Source of the DNA: Pseudomonas sp.
GTDB lineage: Bacteria; Pseudomonadota; Gammaproteobacteria; Pseudomonadales; Pseudomonadaceae
Length of the DNA stretch: 64,000 nt
Assembly (NCBI GenBank): GCA_036643775.1
Contig: JAVXRI010000010.1
Location: forward strand, 4,752 to 68,751
Direction of reading: 5' to 3'
Part shown: positions 26,235-35,753 of the stretch, piece by piece
Layout of the letters: every line of letters begins with the position of its first letter
How positions within the stretch are numbered: position 1 is the first letter of the stretch
Position numbers and translations under genes: made by a program
The notes under the pieces: model-generated
Database searches by the model: none
What the model was told of the DNA's origin: nothing
What the model saw: the letters and a program-made list of their open reading frames with translations, nothing else

Positions 26235-26633
26235 TCAACGTCTCCTTCTGCAGCAAAACCTCTGACCGGACCATTAGCGGTTCCGGCCGCGACACTGCGT
26301 GTGTCGCTGGCTGCCGTGGCTCGAGTGCAGGCCTCGAGCATTGCAGTAGACCTGCAAGGTCTTAGTGCAGTGGTGATGGGCTCTTTGTTGTTTTCGCTCG
26401 GCAATGCTCAGGCACTGCGCCAGCAGGCATCCCCCCTGTGCGAGCCCTGAAAAACGGGCGGGCGCTTGCTATCAATCTAGACCCTGGCGAGTGTTTATGC
26501 CGAACGGATCTTCGTTGTATCAGCGGGGTGGGGCCGGGTGGAAACAGACCGCTCGTCAGCCGGGATCCAATCCTGGCGTGGGTCTGGTTAACTGGAAGTC
26601 TGAGCGACTGTCGCGGTGCAGGGAGGCTGTCAC

Positions 26634-26834
26634 ATGCAACGGCTTAATCTGGAGCTCGATGCACAGCTTTTCGAGCAGCTCGAGCGCTCGGCCCAGGCCA
26701 ATAACCTGAGCCTTGAAGAAGAGTGTCTACGTCGCTTGGGGGGTGGTGTACGGCACTCACGTTACGTCCAGGCCCTGGTGGCTGAACTGCGCGCCGATGA
26801 AAAGCAGCGGCGCGACAGTGAGCAGATGGCGTAG
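26634..26834 (+). CDS. Small hypothetical protein, ribbon-helix-helix/Arc-like pattern
   Basis: GGGAGG RBS; LNLELDAQLFEQLERSAQANNLSLEEEC; 66 aa. Confidence 0.6.
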   Translation: MQRLNLELDAQLFEQLERSAQANNLSLEEECLRRLGGGVRHSRYVQALVAELRADEKQRRDSEQMA

Positions 26835-26836
26835 GT

Positions 26837-27253
26837 TTACTTGCTTGGCTTCACACCACAACTCTTGGCGTCGAATGCCTGCTCACTGACCGGGCGGTTG
26901 GTCTTGTACTCGGTGAAGCGGTAGGTCAGTACCGCGCCTTTTGCCATCAACTGACGGTAACCGGTGTTCTTGCAGACGCTGTCTCCCAATTGGCTGCGCA
27001 CCCGGTTCGGGTCGGCTTTCATTTTTTCAGCGTGGCTGGGAAGCACGCTCAGGTGGTTGATCAGTTGCTTGCCTTCGACGGTGTAACCCTGGTCGAGGAT
27101 GTCTTCGTTGATCGCTCGCGGCGTACCCACGCTGCTTTCTGTGGCAACTTTTTGCAGCATCTTGCTCAGCTCGTATTCCTGCTTGGAGGCAGCATTGGCG
27201 GCCAGGGGCAAGGCGAGCAGCAGGCTCAGGGACGGGGCGATGAAGCGCAACAT
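26837..27253 (-). CDS. PA3611-like exported protein (quorum-sensing-regulated family)
   Basis: Signal peptide (LPLAANAA), SSVGTPRAINEDILDQGY, Cys pair; AGGAG RBS. Confidence 0.8.
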   Translation of the reverse strand: MLRFIAPSLSLLLALPLAANAASKQEYELSKMLQKVATESSVGTPRAINEDILDQGYTVEGKQLINHLSVLPSHAEKMKADPNRVRSQLGDSVCKNTGYRQLMAKGAVLTYRFTEYKTNRPVSEQAFDAKSCGVKPSK

Positions 27254-27491
27254 GAATTTCTCCTGGTTCGGTAACTGGCGATTGGACCGGCAACTGCGCA
27301 CGGCGTTCCCTCACGCGCGTAGTCGTGGTGCCAGCGGGTAGCGACAGAATGATGATTATAGGGGAGTCGGCACGCCGGCTGCACGGCAAATACCGTCTGC
27401 CCACGGGCGGGCTCTGATAAACTGTGGCGGATTTCCTGTCTTGCCGAGTCCGCGCAGTGCCATCCCTTTCCTGCCTATATAGTCTGCTGCC

Positions 27492-28202
27492 ATGAGCCAT
27501 GCCGTATCGCGCCTGCGCGCCGAGCGCCTGGCGCGCAGTGTCAAACCTTTCGTCGCGCGCGGATCACGGGCGCCACGCTGCCCGCAGTGCCGGGTGATTT
27601 TCAGCCATTGCCTGTGTGCCTGGCGTCCGCAGATACCGTCCGATTCGGCAATGTGCCTGTTGATGCACGACACCGAGCCATTGAAGCCGAGCAACACCGG
27701 CTGGCTGATCGCTGACCTGATTGCCGACACCTCGGCGTTCAGCTGGCAGCGTACGTCAGTAGACGAGGCGCTGCTGGCCTTGCTCGATCAACCGCACTGG
27801 CAGCCTTACATCGTGTTTCCCGGTGAGTTCGTTGCGCCGCAACGGGTGGTTAGCGAAGTCGTCCGCGAACCTGGCAAGCGGCCTTTGTTCATCCTCCTGG
27901 ATGCAACCTGGACCGAGGCGCGCAAGATGTTTCGCAAGAGTCCTTACCTGGATCGTTTCCCGGTGCTCAGCCTGCAGCCCGAACAACTGTCGCGCTACCG
28001 TTTGCGCCGCTCCAAACGCGACGATCATTTCTGCACTGCGGAAGTTGCGGCCATGTGTCTGGAGCTGGCGGGCGATCAGCGCGCGGCTGAAGCGCTGGAT
28101 GCTTACCTGGATGTATTCAGTACCCACTACCTGAGTGCCAAGCACCAGTGGCCGTTGGATGAACAGGATGCGGTGCACCAGCGTTTGCATACCTTCCTAT
28201 AG
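27492..28202 (+). CDS. DTW-domain tRNA-uridine aminocarboxypropyltransferase
   Basis: CPQC...C.C zinc motif, KPSNTG, LDATWTEARK, CTAE. Confidence 0.9.
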   Translation: MSHAVSRLRAERLARSVKPFVARGSRAPRCPQCRVIFSHCLCAWRPQIPSDSAMCLLMHDTEPLKPSNTGWLIADLIADTSAFSWQRTSVDEALLALLDQPHWQPYIVFPGEFVAPQRVVSEVVREPGKRPLFILLDATWTEARKMFRKSPYLDRFPVLSLQPEQLSRYRLRRSKRDDHFCTAEVAAMCLELAGDQRAAEALDAYLDVFSTHYLSAKHQWPLDEQDAVHQRLHTFL

Positions 28203-28467
28203 TACAAGGGGCAGGTGTTGCACATTGAGTCATAATGGGCAGGCTGGCGACCATTGCGTGCATGCCGCGACCGGGTAATCAACTTGACCACCCGGTTCTG
28301 GCTCGGCATCCTTGGCGCCGATTCGGGCATATACAAGGCTTGAAGCGCTGTTATTCCTGGCCTTGAAGTGCCTTTTGGGTGTATGGCAGTGCCGTTTACA
28401 CCTTGAGTTGCCCGCCAGGCGCCTATTCTTCCTCCCTGCGCCTGCACAGAACAGGATCATTAGATCG

Positions 28468-29118
28468 ATGGCCACGTACGAAATCCTGATTGCCGATGAC
28501 CACCCGCTGTTTCGCAGTGCCCTGCGTCAGGCTGTCACCCTGGGCCTGGGGCCCGATGTTCGCCTGGTAGAAGTGGCGAGCATTGCCGAACTTGAAACCC
28601 GCCTCGCTGAAAAGTCCGACTGGGACCTGGTGCTGCTGGACCTTAACATGCCTGGGGCTTATGGCTTTTCCGGTCTGGTCCTGTTGCGCGGCCAGTACCC
28701 ACAGATTCCAGTGGTGATGGTGTCGGCTCAGGAAGAAGCCGCCGTTGTGGTGAAGTCACGAGAATTTGGCGCAAGTGGCTTTATTCCCAAGTCCAGCTCA
28801 CTGGAAGTGATTCAGGAGGCGGTGAAAAAGGTGCTCGATGGTGATATCTGGTGGCCGCCACAGGCCTTTGAAAAGGTCGACGTATCACCGGAGGCCAAGG
28901 CTGCCAGTGAGGGCTTGGCCAGTCTCACACCCCAGCAGTTCCGCGTGCTGACCATGGTCTGCGAAGGCTTGCTGAACAAACAGATCGCTTATGAGCTGAA
29001 TGTCTCGGAGGCGACCATCAAAGCCCACGTGACGGCGATTTTCCGCAAGCTCGGCGTGCGCACCCGGACCCAGGCCGCACTGCTGCTGCAACAACTGGAA
29101 TCGGTTTCGCCGAGCTGA
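28468..29118 (+). CDS. erdR: LuxR/NarL-family response regulator ErdR (AgmR/CrbR)
   Basis: ILIADDHPLFR, LLDLNMPG, LTPQQ..VL...GLLNKQIA..L; precedes dgkA. Confidence 0.88.
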   Translation: MATYEILIADDHPLFRSALRQAVTLGLGPDVRLVEVASIAELETRLAEKSDWDLVLLDLNMPGAYGFSGLVLLRGQYPQIPVVMVSAQEEAAVVVKSREFGASGFIPKSSSLEVIQEAVKKVLDGDIWWPPQAFEKVDVSPEAKAASEGLASLTPQQFRVLTMVCEGLLNKQIAYELNVSEATIKAHVTAIFRKLGVRTRTQAALLLQQLESVSPS

Positions 29119-29194
29119 AGCCACGGCATTCACGCTTTTTTGACCCGACCTGCACTAGGCTGCAGCGCATTTTCAGTGGATGAAGTGATCTTCT

Positions 29195-29560
29195 ATGTCA
29201 TCGCCTTTCAAGGGCCAGACCGGCCTTAAACGTATTTTCAACGCTGCCGGCTATTCGTTTGACGGTCTGCGCGCGGCCTTTACCGGTGAAGCGGCTTTCC
29301 GCCAGTTGGTGCTGCTCAACGTAGTGCTGGTGCCGCTGGCGTTCTGGCTGGATGTCAGTCGGGCCGAACGGGCAATCCTGATCGCTGTGTGCCTGCTGGG
29401 CCTGATCGTCGAGTTGCTCAATTCGGCGGTCGAAGCGGCCATCGACCGGATTTCCCTGGATCGTCACCCGCTGTCGAAAAACGCCAAGGACATGGGCAGC
29501 GCCGCCCAGTTCGTCGCCCTGACGATGGTGGCGCTGGTGTGGGCGGTGATCCTTATCTAG
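29195..29560 (+). CDS. dgkA: Diacylglycerol kinase
   Basis: EAAFRQ, ELLNSAVEAAID, AKDMGSAA. Confidence 0.96.
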   Translation: MSSPFKGQTGLKRIFNAAGYSFDGLRAAFTGEAAFRQLVLLNVVLVPLAFWLDVSRAERAILIAVCLLGLIVELLNSAVEAAIDRISLDRHPLSKNAKDMGSAAQFVALTMVALVWAVILI

Positions 29561-30483
29561 GCAATGTTGGGCAGGACGATTTCGTCGCTGCGTTGCACGC
29601 CTGCGGTGAAACTGCGGCACAGCTCGAGAAACTCGCGCAAGGTAGACGTCTGGTACTTCTGTTTGTGCCAGATGAAGTAGAACTGCCGGGCCAGGTCCAG
29701 CTCGGGTGTTTCCACCGCCACCAGGCTGCCGCGACGGAATGCGTCGCGCAATGCCAGGCGTGAGATACAACCAATACCCAAGCCCGATTCCACGGCGCGT
29801 TTGATGGCTTCGGTGTGTTCAAGCTCCAGACGGATGTTCAGATTGGAGCGGTGGTGGCGCATCGCCTGATCGAAGGTCAGGCGGGTGCCGGAACCCTGTT
29901 CGCGCAGAATCCAGGCTTCGTGGGTCAGCTCTTCCAGGCTGGCCTGGCCGCGGCCGGCCAACGGGTGCTGCGGTGCGCAAAACACCACCAGTTCATCCTC
30001 CACCCAGGGTTGAACCTCAAGATCCGGGTGGTTGCAGTCGCCTTCGATTAGACCCAGATCAATTTCATAATGGGCAACCTGGTGCACGATATTGGCAGTG
30101 TTCTGCACATGTAGTTTGACCTGGCTTTCCGGGTGGGCCTGCATGAAGCTGCCGATCAGCAGCGTGGCCAGGTAATTGCCGATGGTCAGGGTGGCGCCGA
30201 CCGCCAGCGAGCCGAAGCCGGATTTGCCGTTGAGCAGGTCCTCGATTTCCTTGGCCTGGTCGAGCAGCGCCACTGCCTGTGGCAGCAGTTGATGACCCAG
30301 GGCATTGAGGCTCAGGCGTTTGCCGGCGCGGTCGAACAGCTGACAGCTGGACTGGCGCTCAAGTTCGGTGATCGAAGTACTGGCGGCCGACTGCGATAAC
30401 GCCAGTATTCCCGCGGCTCGAGAGACGCTTTGATGCTGGGCTACGGCGACGAATACCTGGAGTTGACGAAGGGTAAATCGCAT
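29557..30483 (-). CDS. finR: LysR-family regulator FinR
   Basis: LysR HTH (TLRQLQVF...SQSAAS); divergent from fpr. Confidence 0.9.
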   Translation of the reverse strand: MRFTLRQLQVFVAVAQHQSVSRAAGILALSQSAASTSITELERQSSCQLFDRAGKRLSLNALGHQLLPQAVALLDQAKEIEDLLNGKSGFGSLAVGATLTIGNYLATLLIGSFMQAHPESQVKLHVQNTANIVHQVAHYEIDLGLIEGDCNHPDLEVQPWVEDELVVFCAPQHPLAGRGQASLEELTHEAWILREQGSGTRLTFDQAMRHHRSNLNIRLELEHTEAIKRAVESGLGIGCISRLALRDAFRRGSLVAVETPELDLARQFYFIWHKQKYQTSTLREFLELCRSFTAGVQRSDEIVLPNIA

Positions 30484-30602
30484 ATCTATATAACCGATAA
30501 GACATATCTTGATAATTCAGTTAACAGATATTGTCGCTCGCACTAAACTATCGCGCAATCGCGCTCTAGGTTAGCGCTGCGTTTTATTTCAGGAGCCCGT
30601 AC

Positions 30603-31382
30603 ATGAGCAACATGAACCACGAACGTGTCCTCAGTGTTCACCACTGGAATGACACCCTGTTCAGCTTCAAGTGCACCCGCGACCCGGGCCTGCGCTTCGA
30701 GAACGGTCAGTTCGTGATGATCGGCCTGCAACAGCCCAACGGCCGCCCGCTCATGCGCGCCTACTCGATCGCCAGCCCGAACTGGGAAGAGCATCTGGAG
30801 TTCTTCAGCATCAAGGTGCCGGACGGCCCGCTGACCTCGCAGCTGCAGCACCTGAAGGAAGGCGATGAGATCATCATCAGCAAGAAGCCTACCGGCACCC
30901 TGGTACTCGACGACCTGAACCCGGGCAAGCACCTGTACCTGCTGAGCACCGGTACTGGCCTGGCGCCGTTCATGAGCGTCATCCAGGATCCGGAAACCTA
31001 CGAGCGCTTTGAAAAGGTGATCCTGGTTCACGGTGTTCGTTACGTCAACGAAGTCGCCTACCGCGAATTCATCACTGAGCACCTGCCGCAGAACGAGTTC
31101 TTCGGCGACGCGCTGCGTGACAAGTTGATCTACTACCCGACCGTGACCCGTGAACCGTTCGAGAACCAGGGGCGTCTGACCGACCTGATGCGCAGCGGCA
31201 AGCTGTTCGAGGACATCGGTCTGCCACCGATCAATCCGCAGGACGACCGTGCAATGATCTGCGGTAGCCCGAGCATGCTGGATGAAACCAGCGAAGTGCT
31301 CGACAGCTTCGGCCTGAAGATCTCGGCGCGTATGCGTGAGCCGGGCGACTATCTGATCGAGCGTGCATTCGTCGAGAAGTAA
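30603..31382 (+). CDS. fpr: Ferredoxin-NADP+ reductase
   Basis: RAYSIAS, GPLTS.L, LSTGTGLAPF, MICGSPSM. Confidence 0.97.
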   Translation: MSNMNHERVLSVHHWNDTLFSFKCTRDPGLRFENGQFVMIGLQQPNGRPLMRAYSIASPNWEEHLEFFSIKVPDGPLTSQLQHLKEGDEIIISKKPTGTLVLDDLNPGKHLYLLSTGTGLAPFMSVIQDPETYERFEKVILVHGVRYVNEVAYREFITEHLPQNEFFGDALRDKLIYYPTVTREPFENQGRLTDLMRSGKLFEDIGLPPINPQDDRAMICGSPSMLDETSEVLDSFGLKISARMREPGDYLIERAFVEK

Positions 31383-31396
31383 GCGGCACTGAAAAC

Positions 31397-31425
31397 AAAA
31401 AAGCAGGCCTAGGCCTGCTTTTTTT
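31397..31425. terminator. Bidirectional terminator after fpr
   Basis: AAAAAAGCAGGCCT/AGGCCTGCTTTTTT palindrome. Confidence 0.85.
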
Positions 31426-31440
31426 ATGCCTGATGCGAAC

Positions 31441-31535
31441 CCTGTAGGAGCGGATTTATCCGCGAAGGGGCGCGAAGCGGCCCCAATACTCGGGACTGCT
31501 GTGCAGTCCATCGCGGATGAATCCGCTCCTACAGG
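31441..31535. repeat. GTAG-family REP doublet (REPIN)
   Basis: CCTGTAGGAGCGGATTTATCCGCGA ... TCGCGGATGAATCCGCTCCTACAGG inverted pair enclosing two small hairpins. Confidence 0.9.
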
Positions 31536-32230
31536 CAGACGTCTACCACCACTTCCAGCACCCGGATCTGATCCGGCTGCGGATAGTGCCAGCGCACCTG
31601 CACATCCCAGAACTTTACCCCGTAGACACGTTCAGGCGGCGGGATCTGGTAAGCCGGGCGCGGGTCCTGGGCCAGGCACTGTTCGATCAGCTCGACCAGT
31701 GGCTCGCCAAGGCGCAGGGCATGGTCGTGGGCTTGGGGCAGGGCACTGTCACTCCAGACGACCGCAATCGGCGCTGGCGGCGCGCTGGCCATCTGGTTGG
31801 TCGCGCAACTGACCGCGTCGGCATAAGGTACATAGGGCTTGATGTCGAGCACCGGAGTGCCGTCGAGCAGGTCGATACCCGACAGCAGCAGGCGCCCGGC
31901 CTCAACCTTCTCCAACCGTACGACCGATTGGCCGATGCCGTTGGGCCGGTGCGTGGCGCGGGTGGCAAACACACCCATCGAGGTGTTACCGCCCAGACGC
32001 GGCGGGCGTACCTTGAGCCGTGGCTTGTCTTCCAGGGCCTGGTGGAACAGGAACAGTAGCCAGACATGGCTGACCTGTTCGAGCCCGGCCACCGCGTCAC
32101 CGTTGTCAAAGGGCGGCAGCAGCTCCAGCACGCCACGCGCAGCGGGCGCCAGCTGGGGCTGGCGCGGGATGGCGAATTTTTCCTTGAAGCAGGAACGGAC
32201 GAAGCCGATCGGTGCAACGCTGTAGTTCAT
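31529..32230 (-). CDS. tsaA: tRNA (t6A37) methyltransferase TrmO/TsaA
   Basis: PIGFVRSCFKEKFAIPRQP, GVFATRATHRPN, IDLLDGTPVLDIKPY. Confidence 0.95.
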   Translation of the reverse strand: MNYSVAPIGFVRSCFKEKFAIPRQPQLAPAARGVLELLPPFDNGDAVAGLEQVSHVWLLFLFHQALEDKPRLKVRPPRLGGNTSMGVFATRATHRPNGIGQSVVRLEKVEAGRLLLSGIDLLDGTPVLDIKPYVPYADAVSCATNQMASAPPAPIAVVWSDSALPQAHDHALRLGEPLVELIEQCLAQDPRPAYQIPPPERVYGVKFWDVQVRWHYPQPDQIRVLEVVVDVCL

Positions 32231-32237
32231 CGACGGC

Positions 32238-32699
32238 TCAGCCACGGACCCGCAGGGTCAGGCCCTTGAGGAAGTTGCGCAGCAACTGGTCGCCACACGG
32301 GCGATAGTTGTTGTGCCCGACCTTGCGGAACAGGGCGCTGAGCTCCGGTTTGGATACCGGGAAATCGGCGGCCTTGAGAATCGCGTGCAGGTCGTCTTCC
32401 TTCAGTTCGAAGGCCACCCGCAGTTTCTTCATGATGATGTTGTTGGTCACAGGCAGTTCGACCGGCTGCGCCGGGCGGCTTTCATCCTTGCCACGCTTGA
32501 AGATCACCAGGCCATCGAGAAAGTGCGCGATGACTTCGTCGGGGCAGCGCACGAAGCCTTCTTCTTCGTCTTTCTTGAGGTAGGAGACGATATCGTCGGT
32601 GGCGACCTCGAAGCCGCTCAGTTTGATGATATCGGTCAGTTTGGCGTCATTGACGTCCAGCAGGTAGCGCAGACTGCGCAGTACATCGTTGTGAATCAT
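32238..32699 (-). CDS. DUF1456 (YehS) family protein
   Basis: NDVLRSLRY, FLDGLVI.KRG, NNII.KKLR.AF.LK, CGDQLLRNFL.GL. Confidence 0.88.
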   Translation of the reverse strand: MIHNDVLRSLRYLLDVNDAKLTDIIKLSGFEVATDDIVSYLKKDEEEGFVRCPDEVIAHFLDGLVIFKRGKDESRPAQPVELPVTNNIIMKKLRVAFELKEDDLHAILKAADFPVSKPELSALFRKVGHNNYRPCGDQLLRNFLKGLTLRVRG

Positions 32700-32746
32700 G
32701 GTGACAATCCTGTTCGGGGCGCAACCCGAGTGGCTGCGCCTTGTTG

Positions 32747-33457
32747 CTAGAATTTTTCGCTGGTCGACAGATAGCGCCACTGGCCCAAAGGCAATTTGCT
32801 CATGGACACGCCGCCGAGGCGAATCCGCCGCATGCTCAGTGGGGTGACGCCAACACTGCTGCACAGCAAGGCGATCAGGCCGGGCTGCGGGTTTTTCAGA
32901 ACCATGCGCAGGCGCGTTTCGTTCTGCCAGCTGGCCTTGATCTTCGGCAGCTCCTTGCCCTTCCAGGTGAACCCGCGGTTCAGCCGCTCCAGGCCGTGGG
33001 CGATCATGTCGCCACTGACTTCAACCACATATTCCTGTTCGAGCTTGCCCAGGTCCGATTCGAGCTTGCGGGTGACCCGCCAGTCCTGGGTGAACACCTG
33101 CAGGCCACTGGCGCCTTGTTGCAACGGTGCCACGTTGTTGAGGCGGGCGAAGTGGCCTTTGAGCGGGCGACGGCCCTGGCTGTGATCTGCAGACAGGCTG
33201 TCTGCAGTGATGCTGTTGCAGGCACTGTCGAGGTCCAGGCCGGCCGCCTGGTGCAGGAGCAGGGTGACCGGTTCCAGGGCTTCGGCGCGGGCACCGGCCT
33301 GCAATTCGACCTTCTGCTCGGTCACCTTGAATTGCGGCTCGTCGACGACCGCACCATCGACGGTGACCCAGCCGCCTTCGATGTACAGCTCGGCCTCCCG
33401 TCGGGAGCAACCGACCAGTTCGATAAGGCGTTTGGAAAGGCGAATGGGTTCAGACAT
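32747..33457 (-). CDS. S4-domain RsuA/RluF-family pseudouridine synthase homolog lacking the catalytic Asp
   Basis: RLSKRL...CSRREAE..I..G.V.VDG S4 domain, EQEYVV, RRIRLG, LPLGQWRYL; GRLD motif replaced by APLQ. Confidence 0.8.
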   Translation of the reverse strand: MSEPIRLSKRLIELVGCSRREAELYIEGGWVTVDGAVVDEPQFKVTEQKVELQAGARAEALEPVTLLLHQAAGLDLDSACNSITADSLSADHSQGRRPLKGHFARLNNVAPLQQGASGLQVFTQDWRVTRKLESDLGKLEQEYVVEVSGDMIAHGLERLNRGFTWKGKELPKIKASWQNETRLRMVLKNPQPGLIALLCSSVGVTPLSMRRIRLGGVSMSKLPLGQWRYLSTSEKF

Positions 33458-33587
33458 GACGACAGCCGTAGGCACAGGGAAAGGCATCTATTGTAACCGT
33501 CCGGACGCGCCCAGGTCCGGCAACATTCGCCCATCGGTTCATTAATCTGCGATTTCGCTGCATTTCGGAAAGGGATGACGCGTTCTG

Positions 33588-34058
33588 TCAGCCGGTTTGA
33601 GCAGTTTTTGTCTGAATCAGCTGTAAATGCAGTAAGGGGTAGGGTTGACCCATGCCATCCGTTTCCGAGCGTGCGACGACTTCGAAGCCCTGGTGCAGAT
33701 AGAAGCCCAGTGCCTGTGGGTTCTGTTCGTTGACATCGAGCTGAACGGCGTTGAGTTCGTCGATGGCATAGCGCAACAGACGTTTGCCCACGCCTTGGCC
33801 GCGCATTGCCGGATCAATGAAGAGCATTTCCACCCGCCCGGCAGCTACGCCGGCAAAACCGGTGATGCGGTGCTTGGCATCCCTGCAGCAGATCAGCATG
33901 ACCGCGTCCAGGTATTGGCTGAGCAGTAGTTCGCGCAACAGGCAGATATAACTGTCGGGCAGAAAGTCATGGGTCGCACGCACAGATGCTTCCCAGACCC
34001 GCGCCAGCTCCGGGTAATCGCTGAACCTGGGGGTTTGCACGCTGTTCGGCCTGTACAT
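33588..34058 (-). CDS. GNAT acetyltransferase (YjaB-like)
   Basis: WEASVRATHDFL, MLFIDP..RGQGVG, VNEQNPQALGFY. Confidence 0.9.
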   Translation of the reverse strand: MYRPNSVQTPRFSDYPELARVWEASVRATHDFLPDSYICLLRELLLSQYLDAVMLICCRDAKHRITGFAGVAAGRVEMLFIDPAMRGQGVGKRLLRYAIDELNAVQLDVNEQNPQALGFYLHQGFEVVARSETDGMGQPYPLLHLQLIQTKTAQTG

Positions 34059-34143
34059 CGCTTCGCTCTCCTGGGGCAACAGAGACAAAGATAGTTGCAA
34101 AAAAAAGCCCCGCCAGGGTCGGCAGGGCTGTTTTTTCAGCAGG

Positions 34144-35487
34144 TTACGCCTGGATAGGCTCAGCCCACATGTCGTACTCGTCGGCGTCGGTGACCCGGCA
34201 GCGCACGGTGTCGCCCGGCTTGAAGCCGTGGTTGCCATCGATAAACACGTTGCCGTCGATTTCCGGTGCATCGAAGTAGCTGCGGCCTACCGAGCCCTCT
34301 TCTTCGACTTCATCGATCAGGACGTCGATTTCGCGGCCGATGCGCAGTTGCAGGCGGGCACTGCTGATCGCCTGCTGGTGGGCCATGAAACGATCCCAGC
34401 GCTCCTGCTTGATGTCATCAGGGACGATATCCAGCCCCAGATCGTTGGCTGGAGCGCCTTCGACTGGCGAGTACTGGAAGCAGCCGACGCGGTCGAGCTG
34501 GGCTTCGGTCAACCAGTCGAGCAGGTACTGGAAGTCTTCTTCGGTTTCACCCGGGAAGCCGACGATGAAGGTCGAGCGGATGATCAGCTGCGGGCACTGC
34601 TCGCGCCACTTCTTGATGCGCGCCAGGGTCCGGTCTTCAAAGGCCGGACGCTTCATCGACTTGAGCACTTTCGGGCTGGCGTGCTGGAACGGGATGTCCA
34701 GGTACGGCAGGATCTTGCCGGCCGCCATCAGCGGGATGATGTCGTCGACGTTCGGGTACGGGTAAACGTAGTGCAAGCGCACCCAGGCGCCCAGACTGCT
34801 CAGTGCTTCGCACAGTTCGAGCATGCGGGTCTTGACCGGGCGGCCGTTCCAGAAGTCGGTCTTGTACTTGACGTCGACGCCATAGGCGCTGGTGTCCTGG
34901 GAGATGACCAGGATCTCCTTGACCCCGGCCTTGACCAGACGCTCGGCCTCGCTCAGCACTTCTCCGACCGGGCGGCTGACCAGCTTGCCGCGCATCGACG
35001 GGATGATGCAGAAACTGCAGCTGTGGTTGCAGCCTTCGGAAATCTTCAGGTAGGCGTAGTGGCGCGGGGTCAGCTTGACGCCCTGTGGCGGCACCAGGTC
35101 GATCAACGGGTTGTGATCCTGGCGCGGCGGTACCACTTCGTGGACGGCGTTGACCACTTGTTCGTACTGCTGCGGGCCGGTCACGGCCAGCACGCTTGGG
35201 TGCACATCGCGAATGCTGCCTTCTTCGACACCCATGCAGCCGGTGACGATGACCTTGCCGTTTTCCTTGATGGCTTCGCCGATGACTTCCAGGGACTCGG
35301 CCTTGGCGCTGTCGATGAAGCCACAGGTGTTGACCACCACTACATCGGCGTCCTGATAGGTGGGCACGACTTCATAGCCTTCCATGCGCAGCTGGGTCAG
35401 GATGCGCTCGGAATCGACCAGGGCCTTGGGGCAACCCAGAGATACGAAGCCGACCTTGGGCGTGGTGGGCGTAGGCGTGGTGGACAT
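34144..35487 (-). CDS. rimO: Ribosomal protein S12 methylthiotransferase RimO
   Basis: [20 protein letters not shown], radical [17 protein letters not shown] domain. Confidence 0.97.
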   Translation of the reverse strand: MSTTPTPTTPKVGFVSLGCPKALVDSERILTQLRMEGYEVVPTYQDADVVVVNTCGFIDSAKAESLEVIGEAIKENGKVIVTGCMGVEEGSIRDVHPSVLAVTGPQQYEQVVNAVHEVVPPRQDHNPLIDLVPPQGVKLTPRHYAYLKISEGCNHSCSFCIIPSMRGKLVSRPVGEVLSEAERLVKAGVKEILVISQDTSAYGVDVKYKTDFWNGRPVKTRMLELCEALSSLGAWVRLHYVYPYPNVDDIIPLMAAGKILPYLDIPFQHASPKVLKSMKRPAFEDRTLARIKKWREQCPQLIIRSTFIVGFPGETEEDFQYLLDWLTEAQLDRVGCFQYSPVEGAPANDLGLDIVPDDIKQERWDRFMAHQQAISSARLQLRIGREIDVLIDEVEEEGSVGRSYFDAPEIDGNVFIDGNHGFKPGDTVRCRVTDADEYDMWAEPIQA

Positions 35488-35753
35488 GACTAACCTCGGT
35501 GTAATGGGGACAGTCGTGCGACAAGCGCCGCTGTCCTGTTGGGCGCTAGCAGCGCCTCTGATCAAAAAGTGCGCAATTCTAGCGGGCGCAAAGTCACTTG
35601 ACCAGCAGAAAAGCGACGAACGCTAAGCTATGCTTCGCGACGATATGCCTGCGTTTGTATCGGGCTCTGGCAGTACGCGTGGCGCGGTAGCAAACATTTT
35701 AGCGTCTGGCGTGATTTTTACCGGCCCAAGGGTCCTGGTTGCGGGAGTGGCGG

